Positions 40,302 to 54,778 of a stretch of DNA of 64,000 bases are shown here, one piece after another. The DNA comes from Balanoglossus misakiensis (lineage: Eukaryota > Animalia > Hemichordata). The translations under genes and the position numbers were made by a program. A model generated the notes under the pieces. The model was not told the origin of the DNA and did no database searches. It saw only the letters and a program-made list of their open reading frames with translations. Where the stretch lies: assembly GCA_040954595.2 (NCBI GenBank), contig CM082583.2:8666254-8730253 (forward strand). The letters run 5' to 3'. The stretch's first letter is position 1. Each line of letters opens with the position of its first letter.

Positions 40302-41770
40302 CCCAAATCGTCCCAAGTAGAAAGCAGGAAGCATTTGGCACCGCACAAATAGTTGCTTCCGCCCTGTTAACATTTGTACAGATCTCGCTGATCCTCTTTG
40401 GTTCTTACAATGCTTTTTTGAAACAATATCCGGCATCTCATGTTCTGTACTCATATATCGCAACATTTGCGATGAAACCGGGCACATATTGCTATTAGTC
40501 GGAATCCTGTCAGTGGGAATACTTGATGATGGTGCTTGGGGGTAGATTTAGCACGTGTGGACAATCATGTCACTGTAAGGTATCCTAAACGGAAAAGATC
40601 TTCTTCGAAGGTTTTACAATATGAGATGGTAAGATATCACTTGAACTGCCACATGTGCCAAACATGAGTTTGGAAACCTGAGTGTATTAATGCAGAAAAG
40701 AATCCACTCGCACACAATCAATGATGTTTCAACTGGTCAACGACCTGTATTGTACATCCAAAAAGAAAATTACATGAAGTACAACTACAATATAACTCTC
40801 CTCTAATCACTAGCAACGATAATTCGGCTGATGATAGGCTTTGCGCCTTAAATAGACTAAAAGCTTAAAAGACATGAAGCTTAATGTGAAGACATGAAAT
40901 GTCCACAGTCACTGATAGAACGGTAGAGAGGTCCCTTTCGGAATAAACCTCGCCAGTGACAATGATATCTCAGATGCAACCGAGTTTAGTTTAGTCTGGT
41001 CGCGTGTAATCTCGACCCACATTCTAATGTTGACCCCACTTTCTTTGTAAAGCAAGCGTTTTCGTCTTCTGTCATATTAACTAGATGTTTTTTAAATGTG
41101 CAGAATATTTAACCTTAAACCATGTGATTCTGAATGAGTGTAAGCCCCTGGGATTTATTAATAGGTTTCCATGGAAATATCACGTTTGGTAAGAACTACT
41201 TTCTCTCCACAATAACACGACCTGGTTTCAATATAATATAATGAAGGCGTCTTCACGTTATTTCAAAACACAAACCCGATGCAAACATCAACTAGTTAGG
41301 GTTGTAAACAGAGCACAAAGAAATACTTTTTTTTCTCGGAACATCGTGTACTTTTACATGGCGAACTTGGTGCTATTAAAACGACCAGAGACACTTCAAT
41401 ATATTAGCTCAAGAAAAATACTGTAAAAACACGGTGTCATCATGGCGATTTGAATGTTTTTAGTCCTCTGATTCGAAGAAGAAAAATCGATAAAATACGA
41501 AATGGAACATCTGCTTTCGACGGCTTCATAAATATACGAATATCGGTTAAGACTATATATATATATATACATAGCACATACGTAGTAGGCATTCGGGTGG
41601 AGAAAATATCTTATTATAAGTGCTTACTTTTTGCAAAATAACACTTTGTCTTTTTACGCAAGCATTAAGTTACAGTCAGGCTTCCTGTGCCTTTCTGCTA
41701 ACCAATAAATACAATAACTAGCATAAACGAAGTGTAAAATAATCTAAAAAATCAATCTGTTTAGCACTGC

Positions 41771-42934
41771 TCATTGTTGCGGTTTCAGAAATCTGTCGTC
41801 GGTTGTCTCGGCATTCCTGTCCACGTGCGATGATACTTTCGACGACTGTGTAGGACCTGTGTTTCCCGAAGGGTGGGTAGCTTCAGTGCTGGACAGCGGT
41901 CCCACCCTTCGATGGCCGCAGAGGAGCTTCCTCACGCCTTCCTGAAACTGGCGGTACTTCAGGGCGTAGATAACGGGGTTGACGCACATGTTGCAGAATG
42001 CCATGACGACGGTCGTGTTGATGAGGATCCTCGTGTGGTACTTACCGGCCACGTTGTACTCCAGGTAGATGTAGTGGTTCGGTCCCCAGCAGATGGCGTA
42101 CGTGACGCAGACGGCGACCAACATCTTCAGCACGTTCTTTCTGGCCTTCACGTTGGCGGGGCTCTCTTGCTGCTCGTTCGCCTTCCGCTGGGGGTTGGCG
42201 CCGCTGGTGGACGCGGCTTGAGAAGTCGCCGTTGCTACGCCGAGTTTCCGAGACCGACGCTTGAGGACGACGAACATGCTGGTGTACGAGAACGCCATGA
42301 GGAGGATAGGGATGAAATATTCCACCAAGAATACCATCACGCCAACGACGACCTGCATGGAGCCCTCGGGATAGTACACGCCGCACGAACCGTTGCCTCG
42401 GTTGTAGTTCGCCTTCGCCCAGTAGGATTGGTACGCCAACCCCAAAGCCCACACAAACACGCAGCCGCACCTGGCTTTGAACATCGAGAAGTGCTGGCGA
42501 TGGACCAGCGGGAACACGATCGCCATGTAACGTTCCAACGTCAGGGCGATCAAGTTGTAGGTGGACACGTTAAACGTTGCCCACATGAAATACCTGGAGA
42601 GCCACAGTTTACACAGGACGTCTCCGGCCATCCCCACGGGGACCACCACGTTGTACTTGTTGGGGCCCAGGTTTTGAGTAACCACCAGCAACGAACTCAC
42701 CAGGTCGACCAGGGACTGGTTGAAGATGAACATGTTGGTGGTCCGAAGATCTCGTACTTTCAAGATAACGACGCAGACGATGATGTTGCCGAGGATGCCA
42801 GCGACGCCGAGGACACCGAATATTATATTCATCGTGTAAACTTCGGGACTCGGCTGGTTTGACTGTGACCCTGCCGGGTTGGCGCTCCCTTCGGTGGCAT
42901 TTTCGTAAGTTGTCGAGACCGCTGTTGTGTTCAT
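41771..42934 (-). CDS. Rhodopsin-class (family A) GPCR, galanin/allatostatin-receptor-like orphan, 387 aa, single coding exon
   Basis: 7 hydrophobic segments; GN in TM1, NQSLVD in TM2, C...ERY in TM3, CWGP in TM6, NPVIY in TM7; N-terminal NTT/NAT sequons; acceptor ttctttcag 5 nt before the ATG. Confidence 0.95.
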   Translation of the reverse strand: MNTTAVSTTYENATEGSANPAGSQSNQPSPEVYTMNIIFGVLGVAGILGNIIVCVVILKVRDLRTTNMFIFNQSLVDLVSSLLVVTQNLGPNKYNVVVPVGMAGDVLCKLWLSRYFMWATFNVSTYNLIALTLERYMAIVFPLVHRQHFSMFKARCGCVFVWALGLAYQSYWAKANYNRGNGSCGVYYPEGSMQVVVGVMVFLVEYFIPILLMAFSYTSMFVVLKRRSRKLGVATATSQAASTSGANPQRKANEQQESPANVKARKNVLKMLVAVCVTYAICWGPNHYIYLEYNVAGKYHTRILINTTVVMAFCNMCVNPVIYALKYRQFQEGVRKLLCGHRRVGPLSSTEATHPSGNTGPTQSSKVSSHVDRNAETTDDRFLKPQQ

Positions 42935-43180
42935 TGTTCCTGAAAGAATGGGAAAATGTCGGACTTTTAGTTATTAGATTTCATACCAAATCTGCTATGA
43001 TTGTGAGGGGATGGTGAGGTGATGGTAGTGGTGGTGGTGGTTGTCAACAGTGTTCACAGGTAATACGTTAATAGCATGATGTCGTGGATCACAGAAATAT
43101 TTTTGACAGAGTCTACACTGAGAAACGCCCAGGATTTCAAATCTGTTATATGAAACTTTTACGCTTGTCTCTTCGCCTAC

Positions 43181-43440
43181 GTGGTTTTTGGCACGTCTGC
43201 AACCAGTTTCGGATATTCCTTTACCGCCCACCGAGAAGACCCCAACAACGAGCCCGATATCTTATTCGCTAGTTTGAGTGTCCCGTTTTGACATAATTGC
43301 CCGCTCCTCGAGAAGGCACCCCTCCGCCCTTCATAAAAGACAGGTACGATGTTTTATATCTGGCTCAGTGCGGGGCGAAAAATCCAGGGGCCAACCCTAG
43401 TGATGTCACGAGAAACCCTCACTTTCCCTATCACACGTGC
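43181..43440 (-). promoter_or_regulatory. Candidate GPCR promoter and 5' UTR exon
   Basis: Minus-strand TATAAAA at 43352-43358, GC-box ~43370, E-box CACGTG ~43434, possible donor CAC|gtaggc at 43181. Confidence 0.3.
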
Positions 43441-44090
43441 GTAGAGTGTTGAGGCAGCTTTTCACACGGAGCGGGTAATTTGACGCCTTCAATAACACGC
43501 TCTTCCGCGCCATTCGAAGCAACGCGGGTTTCTTAACCCAAGAGGCGATGGACTCCCGTGGTACAGTGAAATCCAGTTTGAACAAAGGATATATCACAAG
43601 CCGGTCGATTATGGGGAACATTCTCGGTGTAATCACTGCTAGTAACACTTCATAATTGCGACGATGACATCCTAATGCGGCACTACAAGGAGAAAGTAAC
43701 AAAGACCCTAACCCTTTCAAGCGGTATACGCACACAGCAGAGATATCTCGGTGTCGAAACATATAATGCGCGGATGTCGCGGCTAGAGGCTGCTTCCGTC
43801 ATCCTACCAACCTACGCAATAGCAATCAAGCTCACTCACTCTTTTGTAGATTCTGAACTATGTCGCATAACACCTCTGGCTTGAATTATCTCTGTGAAAC
43901 AAAGAGACGAACTAAAGAACCGGCCTGCAGCGCTTGTTCTTTATGCAACTTTCGAAAGTCTCCCCTCCTGGTGACAGTATCGTCAGCATGATCAGAGGAG
44001 ATTGTAAGGTTTCGGTCCAAATTTTCCACGACTCTTAAAGAAGTTTACAGTGTCACATATTGTCAAATTTTAGATAGAAAGATACATGTC

Positions 44091-44280
<190 letters not shown>

Positions 44281-47200
44281 ATGGTTTGTAATGGTTTGTA
44301 ATGCTTTAGGCCTATTTCTATCTTTCCCGGCCGATAGTCGTTTATCCAGGGAAGAGAAAGGCATGTACGTTATAATGGTTTTCCATCGCAACATCTTGTT
44401 CTCATCTCTTTTTTGGACAAAAATTCAGTTTTGATTAGAGCCAGATCAGAAAATTATCGAAACGTGAATTTCCTACAACACACAAGACTAATACTTGCGT
44501 ACTTTTGCACAATGGAATACTTTAAATTGATTTTTTAAATAAAAACCTACTGTCGTCATTTTGATCGCAATCATCACGATTTGATGTGATGGTGTTCGTG
44601 GTTGAAGTATGAAATAACTTAGCTGAAAACGTCTTTAGTGATATGTACCCCACAGCAACAAAAATTGTTCAGTAAAGTATTTGCAGCTTCTTTTTCATTG
44701 TGCAAATAGATGGAAAGCGCTTCCATCACTTCTGAAGAAATTACACAAAGTGCGTTTTCGTTTTGGGGGTATGCCAGCCTTCCAAAACTCTATATGTGGA
44801 CTGATATGTCGGGCGAATTCGGTTCTTTTGTCACAATGGTTAAATGACATTCAAAATAACTGCTATGAATTCTGTTGAAAACCTGTTAGAAATTCTTATT
44901 CGAGTAATTGTGGTATTGAACACAAAGTCCATCCCGTTCGCTGTTACCCCTGCGGTGGCGTGAATTAACTGGAAAACGGGGGTATTTCTCGGAAAAAGGC
45001 TAAGGATGACAGAACGCGTTTCTGGAGGTGTTCACGTTCATGACGGGATAAACGATAGCCGTGCCCGAACTGTAGATCAGGCAATAGCTCAGGATCCGTC
45101 CGATTGACTTTAATACGTTGTACTACTTTGATCTTTTCTCAACACAATACAATTATCTTACTTTTTAAACGATAATATATCCAACTCGCATCAAAACTCG
45201 CATCACGCTCAGTGTGTGAAACTGCAGGGAAAGAGTACACCATCTGAATTAAAAAAAGGCGAGAAAAGTCCGATCTCTCTCATCAAAAATTTATTTGGTT
45301 GAACTCGGCACATCACTTCCATTTGTGGTGAAATATTTATGTGCTTGGTTTTCTACATCGGAGAGAAAATAAGTATATTGGGTTCTTATTACCGAAGGCG
45401 TACGGGTTGTCACCCTGCTTTAATTGTATCCGACAACAATCTTTATACTCATTTTACAGGTCCCTTAGGATGATGAAACCTTCGAATCATCATTTTATTG
45501 ACCGTATCACGAACCATGTTGTCCTCGTGGAACAAATATGCTATGTGGAGAATATTTCTTTAGAAGGAGAAACAGTCAAACCGGACAACGTTCTGTTTAA
45601 TAGGCTTCAGAATTCTTTCAGATGATTTGACGTGACTTAGCAAACGAAGATCAACGTTTGAGCTCATTTCATCATTCTCAGAGTTGTCATCGCTCGGACA
45701 AGTTGACCGGTACGCCAGTAGGCTGTCTTTGGGTGCTCTACGGGAACTAAACCTTTTGTTACAACGGAAAATAAGCTTCCTATCCATGTCCCTCGTTGAG
45801 GACGTTTTAAATTACCTGCCGCGAGAATGACTCTACATGAAATGTATTCGTCCGTGACATAAGGAGGATTTTGAAAACGAACAAATCATAGATAATTGGA
45901 AAGCAACTGATGAATGTTTTTTTTTAAATCGTATCAGGTCATTCAAGATGAAACGATAGATCAAACTGCTATTAATCGATGGTTAAATGTCAGCGTCTTA
46001 CTGATTATAGTAAAACCTGCAGCAGTACGTGCATTGGTTGGCTAGATGATCCGAAAGTTTTAGAGGAACCCCAATGTTATCAAAGTACACTCTATGTTGT
46101 AGAATTGTAGGAGGAACAGTTTAAGACTTTGATTTTCGAGGCGGATATTTCCTTAAAGTGGTTAGTAATCACACGCCGCAATTAAAAGCAGATGGTTAGG
46201 ACAGTTAAATGGGTACATCCATGTCAGCAGGGATGAAACAAGACAGAAGGTTTGGAGGCGAAAAAAAACAAAACAACAAGTTTGACTTCTCCAATCTAGA
46301 TATTGTCTTTAATATTTTACGAAAGTATAAAATGTTACATTTTTCCTGAAGGACGTTGTCCAAACAACGCATCGCCTTCATATTGTTATTGACATTCAGA
46401 ACGGTGTTGACGTCACGGTGCATCTCGTGTATTTTTTCAGATGGGCGTATACATATACCTGGTAATCGCTACTCGTCGCTCTTGATCAAAGAAGAGCTCG
46501 GAACGTATAGCAGAAAGGCCGACATTTAAGAAATTGTTTTTCAGTCGCTTTAACCCTTGGCATATCAAATATTAAATTCCTCCCTGTTTCGGCCGTCACA
46601 TGCGCACCTGTCGTTGTTCACGTTCCCTAGGCGAATTCATGTTTTCAATAACGTCAGCGAGAGATAACATTTCGTCGAAGCAAAGCCGCTAACACGGGAC
46701 TTTGCGACTCGGAAATTTGATCCGATAGACTTAGTCGAGTGATGCACCTAAACCGACTCGCCGCCAGACATTGCGTCTAGATTTTGAGTATCGTTCCGCG
46801 CTGTCGAAGGCTTTTTAATATTCTGTAGTTTCTGTCCAGAAGCTGCCGTAGCTTTCTTCGTGTAAACAGTTTCGAGCAAAGACGATGACATGGATATTTT
46901 CAAAGATGGCACATTATAAAGTACCCCAAATAACATCCATTGGGATATCAGCTAAATATTGTGATAGTCCACCATTATTGCCTGCGTATTTTCTCGCAAG
47001 ATATGAAATGTACACAGTTTGATTTTAAAGGAAAACTACGTAAGCAACCAGAATGGTTTGATACCACCTGTGTTTCAAAAAGACGTTGTATGTATAATTA
47101 GGGAAAATTCAGTTCAATGTAATCAGGAGAGGAGAGGTGAGGTGAGACTGTGATGTCGTTTCGTTGTGACGACGTGACTCCGACAAGTGCCGCTGGTTTT

Positions 47201-47955
47201 TTTGTTCACCGCCCTAAATAATAGCTCTGCACTCAGGCTGCCATGTACGTGAAGTTTTGGAGAAACCGGTGTTTAACAACATTTCGCAATATCATCTCTA
47301 AAAACAGAGAGTAACTTTCCCTTTGAAAAAAATTACCTGACCACCAAAAACGAAAGAAGCGTGCGCAGACAAGCCGAGCCACGAGGAAATTTGAGAAGAA
47401 CGCGAAGAATCGAGGAAATTTGAGAAGAGCGCGAAGAAATCGATGATGTGTCTTATCTTTTTTCAGAAGGAACGAAACAATGAGAAGGTTTGCTCGAGCA
47501 ATTTCTAACGGAGAGTAATTGAAACCATGTTTCAGATAAGCACTATTCATGACAGTCAGAATAGGATTGGCTTTAGCGGTAAAAAATCTGAAATATTGAA
47601 TTCCGCACGCTTTCACGCAATCCTAAAAAATATATATTTATTTAAACATCTTACGATGTCTATCGATGGGCGCGTTGAAATGACTCTGCCGAGCTTAAAC
47701 AAGTCGTTGCCATAGCTACACACACCGTCTCCTCACAAACTGAAACGTGCAGTTAAGCGTGCGCAGTTCCCATTCGTCGATGTCACACTCGCAACAACTC
47801 ACGCAAGGTAAAAGACCCCCAAACCAACTGAATCCTACACAAGAGCCGAGTTGAATATTTCTGTTTAGATGTTTACCGTAGCCAAAACGACATTCGTAAC
47901 TCACGAATTTCTTTATACCCAAATTGGGTCCATTGTCGTGCATTGGCCATTAAAC

Positions 47956-47995
<40 letters not shown>

Positions 47996-48008
47996 ATTGT
48001 TGTTGTTT
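47956..48008. repeat. (TTG)n microsatellite
   Basis: Direct reading. Confidence 0.95.
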
Positions 48009-50691
48009 TTGGCGAATGCATTTGTTTGTGCGCAACGCGTTTTAATACTAGCACTAAGTCTGTTAATACGAGTCAAGGATATCTATCCACCATCACATGT
48101 ACATACGGTCAAGTACATCACAGAGTGGCGATCCCTTTGTCACACACACAGAGACCAAAGGGATATACGCAGAAACAATGCGGACACTATTCGGATTTCA
48201 TCAAACCATCTAGGTCATTTTTTTTCAGATTTACAGAATTAAATTTAAAAAGATTATGTCGATGTTTATCTTTCTCTTGAAATGTATATCGTTAAATCGC
48301 CCTTTTACTTTCAGACTTTCTTCAGCAGAGAAATATCAAGGATTCATTCCTAATATTACAAAGATCCTTTTAAATCTGACGTGATTTCTTCGTGAATCTT
48401 GCGCTGAAATGTCTTGTCCTCGAGAAACAATATGTGGAAAAACAGATGTGAAAGATGCAATTCACGAGAACGAGAAGTATTGCTGAGGGCAGAGACTAGA
48501 AAGTAGTATACGATGCTAATTTACTCTTGGTTACACAGAAGTTATTATGGCTGTTCCAGGAAATGGAACGTGTTTTCAGTACGTGTCGGAATACAGTTGA
48601 TGATTTCTGGACTCTGTTTAACCTCGTCTTGCCGCACGGCGAAAACACTAGACTTCATTTGAAGACATCGCACTTATATAGCTCAAATGACGCGTGTTTC
48701 ATCGCCAATATTCTAGAAGATAATATGTATACGTTCAATGGCCGAGACTCACGTGATCAATTAAGAAACTCTTTAAGAAAGTGCGTTAGACTTGATATTT
48801 ATATGAGAACTGAATGGTCATGCATATTGCTTTCCGTCTGAAGGGGGCTACTCATTCAGCGCAATTGTTTGGTGCATTATCCCGATTGATCAAAAGCTGA
48901 ACACTGTCAGGTAACTTACTGCGTTGGTCCAGCTATTCTCATTCTCCGAACAAAACCAACAACAGTAAGAACAACAACAACGACGACGACAAAAGAGACG
49001 GCAACAACTCGCTCACCAAGCCACAAAATCAATTACCCTCCCACCTAAAAACCCCAACCACCCACCACCCCACAAACCCAGGCCAATCACCCACCCACCC
49101 ATACGTCTATGCATCATCAAATGAATGAAAGAAAGAATGAATGAATGAATTAAACAACCAACCTGAACTATTCAACATCAGCAATTCCTGTTCATGGATT
49201 CTGATTAAGACAGTAGGCCTAATCACGTTGTAAATTATTTTTAGTGGAGAAAATCACCCGAAGACTTCGAAAAAGAATATAATCCGGCGGCATCGACTCT
49301 GGCTCAAAAACGAATAAACGACTAAATATGAAGTTGCCAGCTTCAGTTACAAAGATAAAACATACCTCAAACACGTAGATGACGAGTATTTGAAAACTCA
49401 GCTCGCTCTCCACGTCACAAACTGTCCCTCGGCGAGTCTGGTGAATTATGGCAAGACTGTCCTGCTTATTTAGTTTTTATGACGGCAGAAAATTATGCAA
49501 AAGACAACTCGTGGAGCAGCCTACGGCTGTTTACGTCACACAAACCTAACACTTATACTATGGTTGCCATGGAAACATATTTTCATGTTCTTCCAATCAG
49601 AAGCGTTTTTTTAAAAGATGTATTAGAATAGGCCGCACAGTGTATATTGCCAACGCTCAATGGATTGACGATTAACATAGCCTGCCGAATGCGAATATTT
49701 CAATTAAACCAATCATTCCTTCTAGTTTTTTTTTATTGATTTAGCGATGCTAAAATAGTAATTTAGACGTAAAGAAACGGCGTCCAAGTTTCATAACACC
49801 TTACAGGAGAACATAGACGAGGACCAAGTGTTAGCAACAACTTCACAGCGAATACACTCCGTCACTGTGACAGCTTGCCTCTCTAAGTTGGTTTCTGCTC
49901 TTTTTTGATAGGCTCAAATAAAATTGTACGCCCGTTTTTTCCGCCGATGTGCGCTTTCCCAACGGCAGTATTCGGTCAGAGACGCACACAACTGACGCAG
50001 TCACAATACATCGCGGGTACCGATTGAGAGCGTCGCCACGGCCACCTTGGTCGGAAAGAAATTCGGAAACATTTTCTGAAGTCGACTTAACGTCATATGT
50101 TAACTGGACTGAATTGAAGAAAGCAGTATCGGTAAGATGATGAGCATATTAATAAAATCACACACAGCAAATTATCATTGCAGCCGCCATCAGAAAGACC
50201 ATGGCACACACAAAGGCCTTACTTACAAAAACCAACTATCCATGGCCACCTGATGGAAAATGTCAGGCCATTGCAAAACAAAATGTATTTTGCCGACTGA
50301 AAATGCATACACAGAAAGACTTAAAAACAATCCATAGCTAAAAAAAACAGATCTAGAAGATTAGGGATATCAATTATTCGTACAAAATGGCGGCATCATT
50401 GTACTCAAGCGCAACCAAACGAAGTAATCTGTGCATAGCAGAGATATTACTGATCATAATAACATGTATATTTAATTTACTCAACAAACGAAGAGTCCGT
50501 GAGCAATCTCAAAATATCGTCATCAAAAATAAATTCTGCCCCGAGAACCACATCGACCCACACATGAAGTCAATTCATCAAGACCACTTGATTCCTTAAA
50601 CAACGCCGAGAACCGACGAAAAATATTCAAAAACATACTAGATGAATCAGTGATCGTGAAGTATGCCCGCGCGAGTGTTCCTATGTGCCTT

Positions 50692-50815
50692 GGGGGAGGG
50701 AGGGAGGGATGGAAGGGGAAGGAAAGGGAGGGGAGGGGAGGGGGAGGGGAAGTGGGGAAAGAGGGAGAGAGAGAGAGAGCGAGAGAGAGACAGAGATAGA
50801 AGGGGAGGGAGAGGT
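50692..50815. repeat. Polypurine G/GA tract
   Basis: About 120 nt of almost pure G/A with many GGG runs. Confidence 0.85.
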
Positions 50816-51616
50816 TTGTGACTGTGCTGATATACTCGAAGGTATATACAAAACGTTAAACTACAGAGAACATCCATTACATTCGCATTTTACTTACCTA
50901 CTGTACTTTTTACACCCAAGCTTGGTTGCAACAGTTTGAATATTGAAACCCCACTGAAAGAAACACGAAATATCGCACATTTACCAGCATTGTTAGCCGG
51001 AAACCAAAACTTTTTTTTTCAACTATGCAGACGATTTTTGCTCATAGATTGCCAGCCTGTCATGTCTTGCAAAGCATAGAAATATGACTTTATCCGTTTT
51101 TCATCCCAAGGCAGCAGATTTTCGCTTCTCAAAAAAAATCAATTTTAACAAGCAACTCCCACATAATGTGTGATCGCCAAGCATTTCAATTACTGATGCA
51201 CGGATCACGTTACAATACAAGTGATTCCCTGAAGTTGTGAACCGTGCGCCCCCGGTTGCCGTTGTTCTTCTTGATGCAGATGATGTGGGTCACACGGATC
51301 GATCGGTCATATTTACAGTGCTGTGGCGAGTTCAGTATGAGCATTGTGTGCGCTTTAATTTTTGGGGAACAAAATAAATATCTGTCGACATCACAACGGC
51401 AATTGTGATCTTCGTAAGTCACGATGTCGTCAGATGACGTCAATACACGTGAAAGAAGACTGAAGAAGCTGACGATGATAACGAATTGTACTGACTGTGT
51501 GTTATTGTTTCTTTTCAACGGAAGAGGCCTGTCATTTCATCGTAGGGCTGAATCTGTTTTCGAATTCTGCCGGGAGATCTGGAGCTCAGCTTAATCGATT
51601 TCTGAACACAGTACAT

Positions 51617-51690
51617 TCGCTGGCTCACTCGCTGGCTCACTCACTCACTCACTCGCTCGCTCGCTCGCCCGCCCGACCGCCCGCCCGCCC
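51617..51690. repeat. Compound CTCA/CTCG/GCCC low-complexity repeat
   Basis: Direct reading. Confidence 0.75.
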
Positions 51691-54626
51691 AATGCATGTG
51701 CAACTGAAACATGAAACGTGTATTCAGCGTGTCATTTCTCGATTCATTTTATGGCCATGGGGACAAGGAATCTCTTTTCAGCGAGATTCAAAACGCGTGT
51801 CGACTAAAAAAGGGAATACGCCGGGAAACGTACAATTTCAACATATGGACGTCTTTTGAATTTGCAATACTATATAGTAAAGGTCGCTTCTGAAGGAAAT
51901 TAAATCTCACGGCTTACCTTTTTGGACAGCGTCCAAAGAGTAATCATTTCCGTTAGAAATCTCCACTTAATAGTTTATTGCTAGGGTGATCGACAAAAAT
52001 GTGACAATCGCAAAGGGAAGCACATGTAGCTTGATATCGTTGAGATACGCGAATAAATGTCAAAATGTGATATCTCGATCTGCACGTAGTCGGATGCGTT
52101 TGTTTCTTATAGATTCCCGGGTGCCCGAGGCTGAAAACAGTTGTAATGTAATTTTAATTTAACCCACATTGACCTCAGGCAAATTCTACTAGGATATTTA
52201 ATCATCATTTAATTATTCAATCATGCACTTTTGCGAGAAATATTGTTTACTTCTTCCCTATCAATAAATAATCATGTCTGCATAAACACTGTTTGTATGA
52301 ACACTGTTCTCATGTTTCATGATGTGTAAGTCTTAAGTCTGTGATTTATGAGTTCGTGTACTTTTGATCCTTTTGCAGAGCGAGTAAAACGAAACACATC
52401 TGTAAATAATATAATTTGCGTGTTCTGAGTTCCAGTCGAACAAGAGTCTTGAGTTACAAAACCCATCTGGTCTAGTCATATTCAGATAGCTGGGCTGTGA
52501 ACACTCTGACACTTGACTGCGCAGTCTCCGTTTAGCCTCATGGCAGCTCTGGGGGTCACCTGTGTTAATTTTCTGATAACAACACCGTTTAAACACCTGG
52601 TCCCTCTGTAATTGATAGTAGAACGTAAATGTAACGCAAGAAATCGTGTTCATCTCGGAAATATGAGACAGGAACTGCCACAGTCAAATCATAGTTTACT
52701 CAGGGTCCGTAAACATGGTCAAATAAAAACAAAAAATTAGTTATAAAAAATGAAGAGTGAGCTCCCTGGCGATTTGTCTCCACGTTGCTATAGACATTTC
52801 TAAAGTGATCACAAATACGTTGAGTACTACAATTGTTGGAACGTGTCCACTGTTCTGATATACGATCCGGTCAATTTCATCTTTCAGTTGCCACAGACAT
52901 GTAAACCGACAAGGCTGTAGGCTCCGTTTTCCGCGAAGCGACCTCGACCTCTCGGCTGCTATATCCCCTGCCAACTACACCCCCACGAGGAAGGCTACGG
53001 TACCGCCAATGATTTGGGCTTTGATGATTAAAGGGGGACTTTTGTATCAGGAAAAATAAGCCGACTTGAAAGGTGTGTGCAAGGATATTGTGCAGAGTAT
53101 ACGTGACGGATGTTGGAAATGGGCCTTGACATTTATTTCAACTTTCAAGCCCCGTGAGCTGAAACTTTTGGGATAATCTCATGACATTTATTTACACTAA
53201 CATTGACCCATGAAAAATGTATGCACTGGAGTATATGTAAGCAGTACAAAGCCTAGGTGCCTATGCAAGTTTTTACCAGACAAAAATAATAAAGTTTTGC
53301 ATGGGAAAATGCAAAACACATGTACAACTGCATTCACTTTGAAAAGTGATAAACAAAGCATGATCTCATCGACTAAAACACAGTCACGTTTTATATGTTC
53401 GATTGTACTGATGTTTCTTTGATTTTGTTTGGCCATTTTGTCACAAATAAGTGTTATCTTGATTTAGTGTCAGGCAATATCATTAAATAGACGGCATTGA
53501 AAGCAATATCCGAGATTTTTAAAGCTTGGATTGTTCATATATCGATTTGCAGTTAATATCGTGAAGTACATTGTACGTGTGCAATTTCTGAACACCCAAC
53601 TTTCGCCCAGCGGGTAGGTACTGGCTAGTAGCACATGTATAGGCCTAGTGTTTTCCCGTATTCTCTGCTCTGTGCGAAGCTCATCATCTGCCTCGTGGTC
53701 TGTATTCAACGCTCACTCGGCGCGCTGTTGATTGATTGGGGCGGATAGGTGGGATGGGTGATGTGTTTTGTGATTGAGATACGGGGCTGGAGGCCGTGTT
53801 TTCGTTCTCTCTTCGCAAAGCTCCAAATGAAACTTGCTGTACCCCAGACTGTCCAGGCTAAACTGTAATACTCGCAAACACTAGTAATTAAGATAATGGG
53901 TTGACTTATCACGGGGATTCGGATCCGTGGCTAGGCCTACCTGAGGCCAAGTGAAATCAGTCAGTCAGTATCATCAAAGAGTAATGCAGTGAGGCTGACG
54001 GGTTGAAATATAGCTACCCACGAGACTCCTTATATTTCAGTAAACATGCTAGGCTAACTCATAAATACTCTGAAATCTAAAGGAACTAAATTAATTACAG
54101 TATTGTCGTCATTTTATTTTTCTCTTGAAACAAAGGTGGAGTCACATCACATTGCACATAAAAGTTTTTTCGGTTACTATACATGTACTACTGTGATAGT
54201 CATATAATTGTCATCCCGAAGTAAAAGCGAAGACAATCTCAAGTCACATCGGTTACTTTAAGGAACCATAAAATTGAATGCTTAGTCACTTATCACTAAT
54301 ACGTTCTACCATCTTGAAGTGAATATCAAGTTAAATTTTGTATTTATTGCCCTCTACAGGTTAAAATTGACAGCTTTAGTTTTCACAGGCTGACCCCCCC
54401 CCCCTCCCACCTTGATTATATAAAAAAAAAACACCATAGGTTATAAATTCTCACATGTTATACTAATAGTCCCCCAATTTGTGTTTCTGCAATATAAATG
54501 CTGTAATGTAATGGTGCATGCATATTCATTATGTAAATACCAGATTCTAGACTCTCTCACAGCCCCTCTCGCCGTCCATGCAGGCTTATAGTCTAATTGC
54601 ATATGGGACTGCTTGTTTATTGGTGC

Positions 54627-54778
54627 TTAGCGCGCTAAGCTTTTAGTTGATGATATTCGACGAACGATAACTACTGGGTTGTTAAGCAACGTGTACGCTA
54701 CCAGCCATCGATTACGCGCGGTCTTGTTGGTCCGTCGACTTCTTGGATTCCCCACCAACGTTTCCATTGTCACTATAT
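54627..54778 (-). CDS. STRA6: STRA6-like terminal exon r
   Basis: ARNRWLVAYTLLNNPVV...*; AATAAA at 54616-54621. Confidence 0.92.

Noticed and set aside
41873-42862. 329-aa plus-strand ORF and 142-aa alternative-frame ORF
   Set aside because: Shadows of the GC3-rich GPCR coding sequence.
47025-47520. Possible Kolobok-like element starting TTAAAGG, and another at ~53028
   Set aside because: I could not find matching distal TIRs, so neither is called.
47943-48242. Poly-Leu ORF resembling a signal peptide
   Set aside because: Derived from the (TTG)n repeat.
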